From an uncultured virus (IMG/VR IMGVR_UViG_3300030106_002217) (taxonomy: Duplodnaviria; Heunggongvirae; Uroviricota; Caudoviricetes): a stretch of 64,000 bases of DNA. The stretch's first letter is position 1. Each line of letters opens with the position of its first letter. The notes under the pieces are model-generated. The model was not told the origin of the DNA, made no database searches, and saw nothing but the letters and a program-made list of their open reading frames with translations. Shown here in pieces: positions 58,316 through 64,000 of this stretch. The DNA lies in IMG/VR virus record IMGVR_UViG_3300030106_002217, positions 1 through 64,000 of that record, one strand, 5' to 3'. Both the position numbers and the translations under genes were made by a program.

Positions 58316-58603
58316 TTAGGCATATTCCCCTCCAAATTCTATAACCTCTCTTTTTTTGCAGTTCGGTATTTTAATAAATTTAATTGGTAAATCTGAAAAT
58401 GCCCAAACCCTACCTTGAAAGATTAATTTATTCTCTCTTAAAAATTTTATAGCTTCATGCTTAAATTGGTCTCCGTATCCGTATTGATAAGGCAATCTAT
58501 AAACCTTGCTATCCTTGGTGCTTTCAATCTGTGCAGAAAAATAACTATTTCCGTAAGTTTTGTCTCTCCACTCTTTAGCAGTTACAATAATATCTATTGC
58601 CAT
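58316..58603 (-). CDS. Hypothetical protein
   Basis: 'EWRDKTYGNSYFSA..LPYQYGYGDQ'. Confidence 0.65.
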   Translation of the reverse strand: MAIDIIVTAKEWRDKTYGNSYFSAQIESTKDSKVYRLPYQYGYGDQFKHEAIKFLRENKLIFQGRVWAFSDLPIKFIKIPNCKKREVIEFGGEYA

Positions 58604-58793
58604 TTTTTCCCCCTTACATATTCTTTTGTTTCTTCTTGCTCTTCAACAATGATTTGTAAAACATACAAACCACTTAAAAACCATTCTTGGTTTTTTAAAT
58701 ATTCTTGCTCTTTCATTTTATAACCTTTCTGTTAAAATTAAATTAAGCCTTAATTATTTATCCCATATAATCTTATAAAGGTCAAGCGATAAA

Positions 58794-59210
58794 ATGAAAG
58801 AAAAACAATTTTTTTTGAATATAAAAAAGCAGTTACCACCAAATACTTTTATACAAAAAATTGAAAATAAATTTAATAGTGGTTTTACTGATGTAATAAT
58901 AATTAATAAAAAACTACCATTATTTATTGAGTTAAAATCGCCAACAAAAGGAAACAAATTTAAGGTTGAATTGTCCCAAATATCAACGCATTTGAGGATA
59001 CAAGCCAATAATTATGTTTCTTTTTTCTTGGTTCGACACCCTTCAACCTCGCTTCTATATTTGTTTGAAGGTGGTTTGCTCTGCAAGTTTCTTGCGTCCC
59101 AACCTTGCAACCCTTCTCTGTCCCCCCAGACCGAAGGATTTTTGGTGCGTGGTGCGTTGAACATAGTCCTGGCACTTGCAAATCAAAGAGTGGAACAGTT
59201 GCAGAAATAA
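58794..59210 (+). CDS. VRR-NUC / resolvase-like nuclease (copy B)
   Basis: 'MKEKQF..KIEN..GFTD..FIELK..SQ..H'. Confidence 0.7.
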   Translation: MKEKQFFLNIKKQLPPNTFIQKIENKFNSGFTDVIIINKKLPLFIELKSPTKGNKFKVELSQISTHLRIQANNYVSFFLVRHPSTSLLYLFEGGLLCKFLASQPCNPSLSPQTEGFLVRGALNIVLALANQRVEQLQK

Positions 59211-59377
59211 CGAAGTGATTGCTCTGCAAATTTCTGCAACTTTTACCACGGAAGGCATCTGCGATTTTAAAAAAAATTTCTTGACATCGCAAAGGAAACG
59301 AAGTGGTTGCATTGCAATCCTTTGCGATTTTTGCCTTCAGACACGCACAACGCAAAAAAATCCAGAGCTGCTGCACC

Positions 59378-59403
59378 AAAAAAAAGAGAGCCGAAGCTCT
59401 CTT
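59378..59403 (-). terminator. UUCG-loop intrinsic terminator
   Basis: Minus strand AAGAGAGC-TTCG-GCTCTCTT plus T-run. Confidence 0.8.
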
Positions 59404-59423
59404 GATTTTGGTTCTCCTCCTTT

Positions 59424-59864
59424 CTACCATGAAGCACGATAATGAACACCTCTTGGCTCGATATATAAATCGTATTTCTGTTGCATCTCCAGACCTTCCT
59501 TCAAGAACTCAATAGCTTTTTCAAAACAACTAATCGCATAGTTTTTTTCTGGCTCGTTGTAATAACCGAACTCGGTTGAGTTCCCAAAGAAGAAGCCAGA
59601 GTGGTCAAGTTTTAAATTATCGTTGCGAATGGCATCAATAATTTCTTCTAAGTCTTTTTGTGTTAACTGAATTTCCTGGCAGTTATCTTCACCCTTTGCG
59701 AACTTATCAACAATAAAGCCGTGAAGGTCGGCGTGCTTACGCCAATAACCAAGGTCAACTTTATAATCTGAAATGGCATATTTGCCATCTAACTTCGGTT
59801 GAGGAAGTTCCTCGTGATAAGGTGAGTTATATTGCTCACCTCTTAAATACATATCTAAACCCAT
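59424..59864 (-). CDS. Conserved phage protein (MGLDMYL..YWRK..GFFFG family)
   Basis: AAGGAG RBS; 'GYWRKH..HG..DNC..GFFFG..YRASW'. Confidence 0.75.
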   Translation of the reverse strand: MGLDMYLRGEQYNSPYHEELPQPKLDGKYAISDYKVDLGYWRKHADLHGFIVDKFAKGEDNCQEIQLTQKDLEEIIDAIRNDNLKLDHSGFFFGNSTEFGYYNEPEKNYAISCFEKAIEFLKEGLEMQQKYDLYIEPRGVHYRASW

Positions 59865-59900
59865 AATTTTTCTCCTTTCATTTTAAAATTATGCTCTTCC

Positions 59901-59929
59901 ATTATATCCCATGCAGTCCCATAATGCAA
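59901..59929 (-). promoter_or_regulatory. Sigma70-like promoter with two ATGGGA boxes in the spacer
   Basis: TTGCAT-tatgggactgcatggga(17)-TATAAT on minus strand. Confidence 0.7.
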
Positions 59930-60057
59930 CCAAAACATTTCACGAAGCGTGAACTGCAACTCGAAAAAAAATTCTTGACATCGCAAAGGAAACGAAACGA
60001 AGTGAAGTGGTCGCTTGCGATCCTTTGCGATTTTTGTCTGCAAGCCTTCGCCAGAAG

Positions 60058-60085
60058 AAAAAAAAGAGAGTGCCGAAGCACCCTC
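60058..60085 (-). terminator. UUCG-loop intrinsic terminator
   Basis: Minus strand GAGGGTGC-TTCG-GCACTCTC plus T8. Confidence 0.8.
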
Positions 60086-60109
60086 CTTCTCTTTCCGTGG
60101 TCGTGGAAA

Positions 60110-60400
60110 CTATATATAATCTGCAAAGGGATCACGACCAGTTATCTCCTTCTCTGCTTTTAATGATAGCTTTGGATCATATGGCTCGACATATATGTTT
60201 GCCTTTACACAACCATAGTAATCGACATAGTATGATGAACCTCTTTCGAACTTACCACCAAACAATCTTTCCCATTCCTTTTTCGCTTTGCGAATGTCTC
60301 TGGTTTTGAATTGCTTTCCTCTGCCAATACTATCGACAGTTTCTGTATCAATAACATATTTAAAATTATAATCGAATGATTGTTTTTTCTTACCCATCAT
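60110..60400 (-). CDS. Hypothetical protein
   Basis: GAGGAG RBS; terminator directly downstream. Confidence 0.6.
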   Translation of the reverse strand: MMGKKKQSFDYNFKYVIDTETVDSIGRGKQFKTRDIRKAKKEWERLFGGKFERGSSYYVDYYGCVKANIYVEPYDPKLSLKAEKEITGRDPFADYI

Positions 60401-60599
60401 AATGCTCCTCTAAAAAGTCCTTCATTACTTTGGTTGATGATGTGTAAAGAGAACCATTCTCGTAATACACATTCTCGTTAATAAAGTGTGCAAGATGACC
60501 ACCACAAATATTGCCCTCATTGTAAGCCTTAAGAATAAACTCGGCAAGATCAATATCTTCTAAATCATCCCACTCTTTGCTTTGCGAATCTACTGTCAT
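60390..60599 (-). CDS. Hypothetical acidic protein
   Basis: AAGGA RBS; operon packing. Confidence 0.55.
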   Translation of the reverse strand: MTVDSQSKEWDDLEDIDLAEFILKAYNEGNICGGHLAHFINENVYYENGSLYTSSTKVMKDFLEEHYDG

Positions 60600-60651
60600 T
60601 TTATTTCCTTTCTAAAAAAATAGTGAGGACATTTCTGTCCCCACTTCCCAA

Positions 60652-60978
60652 CTATTCGTTGGATGCTTTTGGTGTTGGATTCTCAAGGTTGTAAACCTTT
60701 GTCTTGAGTTCAACGATTTGCTCTTGCAAACCCTTGACTACTGACTTCTTGTAAACGGCAGAATCATCACCGATAATCTTGGAAACTATTGTATCCACGA
60801 CCACTTGTGCGATTGCAGTTTCATCTAAGTTTTCAACTTGAGATCTGATATCATCGACATCATTACGAAGATCTTGAACCACATAAGAGTTGTCAACACA
60901 CTCGTTGACTTTCTCGTCAATGACTTCTTCGATCTTGTCCGTAATAAAAGATTCGATAGTTTCGCCAATATCACTCAT
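60652..60978 (-). CDS. Acidic coiled-coil protein
   Basis: AAGGAGGTGA before MSDIG; terminator-like hairpin at 60614-60645. Confidence 0.65.
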   Translation of the reverse strand: MSDIGETIESFITDKIEEVIDEKVNECVDNSYVVQDLRNDVDDIRSQVENLDETAIAQVVVDTIVSKIIGDDSAVYKKSVVKGLQEQIVELKTKVYNLENPTPKASNE

Positions 60979-61120
60979 ATTATCACCTCCTTTCATCTAT
61001 AAGATTATATCAAAATAATCCCAGAGTCAAGCATATTGCCTACAATATTTTTTGATACTAGATATCAGTTTTTATGATGCTCGGTCTGTCTGTCCTTGCA
61101 ACCCAAAAAATCACTCTTGG

Positions 61121-61283
61121 AAAAAGAATCTAGATTCGCAGAAATTTTCTCAAAGAAAATTTAGATTCACAAGCTAGAATAAAATAACAATAAAAATAAC
61201 TAAAATTTTTATTTTATTCTAGATTGGGAAGCGTAATCTATCGACCACTTGGGAGATAGATTCTGCGAATCTAGATTCTTTTT
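61121..61283. repeat. Nested inverted repeats upstream of terL B
   Basis: 23-bp perfect IR (61121-61143/61261-61283) enclosing a 14-bp IR (61174-61187/61209-61222). Confidence 0.85.
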
Positions 61284-61420
61284 TAGGGGTTACTTACTAC
61301 AAAACTACACGACAAACAAAAACAAGAGAGGGGGGAGGGGTAGAATGGGGGGTACAAACATACACATAGTCATACATATGCAGGGTTGATAAATTCATTT
61401 GGATATATTATCGTTGGGAC

Positions 61421-62899
61421 ATGTCACTAGATGCGTTACCCAAAGAGGTGTTACAAGAAGTATTTCTGCTAGAACAACAGAAAAACAAACTGGACACCCG
61501 TGAAAAAGCACAAGAAAATTTTTTGGATTATGCCCAACATGTATATGAAGGTTTTATCGTTGGGCGACATCATAAAATTATTGCAGAAAAATTGGAGCTA
61601 ATCGCACAAGGCAAACTTAAGAGACTGATTGTAAACATGCCACCAAGACACTCGAAGTCAGAGATGGCATCTTATCTCATGCCCTCGTGGTTCTTGGGAC
61701 GTAATCCAAAACTCAAGATTATCCAAGCCACGATGAATACAGAGCTTGCCGTAAGGTTTGGTCGTAAGGTCAGAGACTTGATTGCCGATCCAGTGTACAC
61801 GGAAGTTTTTCCAGAAACCGATTTGAAGCAAGACAGTCAAGCAGCGGGTCGTTGGGAGACAAGTGCTGGTGGCGAGTATTTTGCAGCTGGCGTTGGTGCG
61901 GCAATGACTGGTCGTGGTGCAGACTTGTTGATTATTGATGACCCACACTCGGAACAAGATGCACTGTCCTCGGTTGCTTATGATAATACATACGAGTGGT
62001 ACACATCGGGTCCGAGACAGAGATTACAACCTGGGGGAACCATCATCATTGTGCAAACAAGATGGTCAAAGAAAGACCTCACGGGCAGATTAGTCCAGGC
62101 TATGGCGAAGGATACCATGTCTGATCAATGGGATATTGTAGAGTTCCCAGCGATTCTACCGAATGATAAAATTTTGTGGCCCGAGTTTTGGAACAAGGAC
62201 GAGTTGTTAAAAGTCAAAGCGTCATTGTCACCTATGAAATGGAACGCCCAGTGGCAACAGAATCCGACATCTGAAGAAACGGCAATGATCAAAAGGGAGT
62301 GGTGGACTCCGTGGGAAGAGAAAGAAGTGCCGAAGTTAGATTATATTTTGCAGTCATATGACACGGCATACAGTAAAAAGGAGACAGCAGACTATTCTGC
62401 AATTACAACTTGGGGTGTATTTGAGCCAAAAGTCAACGGACAACAGCATTTAATTATGCTTGATGCGAAGAAAGGGCGCTGGAGTTTTCCAGAGTTGAAG
62501 GAGATTGCGATAGAAGAAAACGAATATTGGGAACCAGATATGATGCTTATCGAGGCAAAAGCCAGTGGTCAACCCTTGGCAGATGAACTGAGAATGATGA
62601 ATTTACCAGTTTTGACTTTCAGTCCAGGCAGACGCAAAGGGGGTAACTTAGACAAAACGACAAGAATGCACATTGTTTCTCCTATTTTCGAATCTGGAAA
62701 AGTGTGGTATCCTAGTGGAGAGAAGTTTGCAGAAGATGTAATAGAAGAAGTTGCATCTTTTCCAAATGGCGATCATGATGACTATTGTGATAGTATGACA
62801 ATGGCAGTTATGAGATTTAGACAAGGTGGGTTTATCTCACTGGATGGCGAAGACGAAGGAGAGGACTGGTTTCCTCGATCAAAAAGGGAGTATTACTAA
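61421..62899 (+). CDS. terL: Terminase large subunit (copy B)
   Basis: 'MPPRHSKSE', 'LLIIDDPH', 'QSYDTA', 'HDDYCDS'; colinear with 7157..8611. Confidence 0.95.
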   Translation: MSLDALPKEVLQEVFLLEQQKNKLDTREKAQENFLDYAQHVYEGFIVGRHHKIIAEKLELIAQGKLKRLIVNMPPRHSKSEMASYLMPSWFLGRNPKLKIIQATMNTELAVRFGRKVRDLIADPVYTEVFPETDLKQDSQAAGRWETSAGGEYFAAGVGAAMTGRGADLLIIDDPHSEQDALSSVAYDNTYEWYTSGPRQRLQPGGTIIIVQTRWSKKDLTGRLVQAMAKDTMSDQWDIVEFPAILPNDKILWPEFWNKDELLKVKASLSPMKWNAQWQQNPTSEETAMIKREWWTPWEEKEVPKLDYILQSYDTAYSKKETADYSAITTWGVFEPKVNGQQHLIMLDAKKGRWSFPELKEIAIEENEYWEPDMMLIEAKASGQPLADELRMMNLPVLTFSPGRRKGGNLDKTTRMHIVSPIFESGKVWYPSGEKFAEDVIEEVASFPNGDHDDYCDSMTMAVMRFRQGGFISLDGEDEGEDWFPRSKREYY

Positions 62900-63249
62900 T
62901 GCCAAAGAAACTTAAAAAAGGATCAGACATAATGGATTTTGACAGTATGTTAAATTCACAACTCGGTAAGATGATGGGTCTTACAGAAAAAGATAGACCA
63001 AAATTCGAAAAAAGAAAAAAGATAAAGCCTAAAGTCAAAAAGCCAAAGAAAATGAGCAATGGCGGTAGTAATAAAATGATAAACGAGCCAGAATTTAAAG
63101 ACTTAAGAAAAGCGTTGAGAAAAGTAGAGATAGGATTAACAAACATTCCGAAAAGTCAACGCGGTAAAGGAATGGGTAAAAAAATACGAAACATGAGAAA
63201 AAATCCTATGATGAAAAATCGTGGGGGAACATTTAAGGGGACGTATTAA
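62899..63249 (+). CDS. Small basic protein ending MKNRGGTFKGTY
   Basis: TAATG coupling; K-rich. Confidence 0.7.
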   Translation: MPKKLKKGSDIMDFDSMLNSQLGKMMGLTEKDRPKFEKRKKIKPKVKKPKKMSNGGSNKMINEPEFKDLRKALRKVEIGLTNIPKSQRGKGMGKKIRNMRKNPMMKNRGGTFKGTY

Positions 63250-63704
63250 TGCCAAAAAAAGGTGAGTCTCCGTACAAAAGAACAATGGGTTTGGATGTCC
63301 CACATCCTTTTGCCAAAGAAATTGAGAAGAAAAAGCCTAAAGGTAAACCTAGAGGCAACCCAAAAGGTAGACCAAAAGGAGCTAAAAACAAAACAAAGCC
63401 ACCTAGAAAAATTGTATTACCTACTGGTAGAGCGATGGATGAGGCTATTACAAAAATCCAACAGCAGTTGTTAATAGAAAAAGATAAACTTAAAAAAAGC
63501 AACGGAGGCACTATGAATAAGCAGTCCCAATTAGGTGCTAGAATTATGTACACTATTGATCGTATAAATAGAGATAAGAGTCTTTCAAAACCACAGAAAA
63601 GAGAGATATTAAAAAAAGGATTGAAGGGCATACGCAGAATTAAAAATATGAATATGGGTGGTGTTATGAAAAACCGTGGTGGAACTTTTAAAGGAGTGTT
63701 TTAA
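63249..63704 (+). CDS. Small basic protein ending MKNRGGTFKGVF
   Basis: TAATG coupling; 'KGRPKG' AT-hook-like stretch. Confidence 0.7.
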   Translation: MPKKGESPYKRTMGLDVPHPFAKEIEKKKPKGKPRGNPKGRPKGAKNKTKPPRKIVLPTGRAMDEAITKIQQQLLIEKDKLKKSNGGTMNKQSQLGARIMYTIDRINRDKSLSKPQKREILKKGLKGIRRIKNMNMGGVMKNRGGTFKGVF

Positions 63705-63940
63705 TGTCAGACGAAGCAGATAGAAGAAGAACGTACAGAGAATTAGAGAAGCGTGGACAACCAACGCCTGGAAAATATTACTATAAGCGAAAGCCTACAG
63801 AGTATTCACCAAAGAAAAAGATAAAACCAAAAGTAAAACAACTGGATTTATTCAAGAAGAAGGCGGGTGGATTTACCGTGACAAACCGTTTCTCAGATAT
63901 TATGCTACCAGAGAAGAAAAGAACAACAAGGATTACTTGA
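63704..63940 (+). CDS. Small basic protein
   Basis: TAATG coupling; 'KKKAGGF..NRFSD.MLP.KKRTTRI'. Confidence 0.65.
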   Translation: MSDEADRRRTYRELEKRGQPTPGKYYYKRKPTEYSPKKKIKPKVKQLDLFKKKAGGFTVTNRFSDIMLPEKKRTTRIT

Positions 63941-64000
63941 TGTCTACATCTATTGGCGGAAAAGATTACAACCCACAAACACTTGATCAAACTGTTACTG

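Larger units (their letters stand above)
59197..60031. repeat. Three copies of a branched hairpin (59197-59241, 59286-59328, 59980-60031)
   Basis: 11-12 bp perfect outer stems enclosing AACGAAGTG and a TTGC/GCAA or TCGC/GCGA mini-stem. Confidence 0.8.

Noticed and set aside
59197..60031. Branched hairpins as hammerhead ribozymes or tRNA fragments
   Set aside because: No CUGANGA core with matching GAAA and no T-loop or cloverleaf on either strand.
58960..60309. Several overlapping short ORFs across the hairpin region
   Set aside because: They translate the repeats and terminators and lack RBS support; only 58794..59210, 59424..59864 and 60110..60400 look real.
1..64000. Prophage with host flanks or alternative genetic code
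   Set aside because: No host housekeeping genes, integrase or att site; core genes are intact in the standard code.

Overview
AT-rich tailed dsDNA phage sequence with podovirus-like architecture, resembling marine phages of alphaproteobacteria (host not provable from sequence). Order: partial TerS, resolvase-like nuclease and early cassette genes (1-6.6 kb, +); repeat-rich non-coding region; TerL, a polyvalent effector-like protein, portal, membrane/holin genes, GroES, scaffold, major capsid, a cluster of tiny Lys/Arg-rich genes, tail and ejection genes, M15 endolysin (7.1-42.7 kb, +); replication module with PolA (Leu762), UvrD, AEP primase, SSB-like, SNF2 and ParB-like genes (42.9-53.8 kb, -). 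A second TerS, a C5 methyltransferase with a nested out-of-frame partner gene, tRNA-Cys, a second early region, a second resolvase-like gene and a second TerL follow. At least seven gene families occur twice, once left of 22.5 kb and once right of 41.8 kb, so the window probably joins two related phage genomes (chimeric assembly or true recombinant). Highlights: a shared 'x-x-GG' motif across putative internal virion proteins, the nested two-polypeptide methyltransferase, a YaaA/DUF6884-like + ART-like protein next to the portal, repeated branched hairpins, a type-1-copper-like motif and a sialyltransferase-fold gene in the tail module. Family assignments come from motif recognition and synteny, not database searches.
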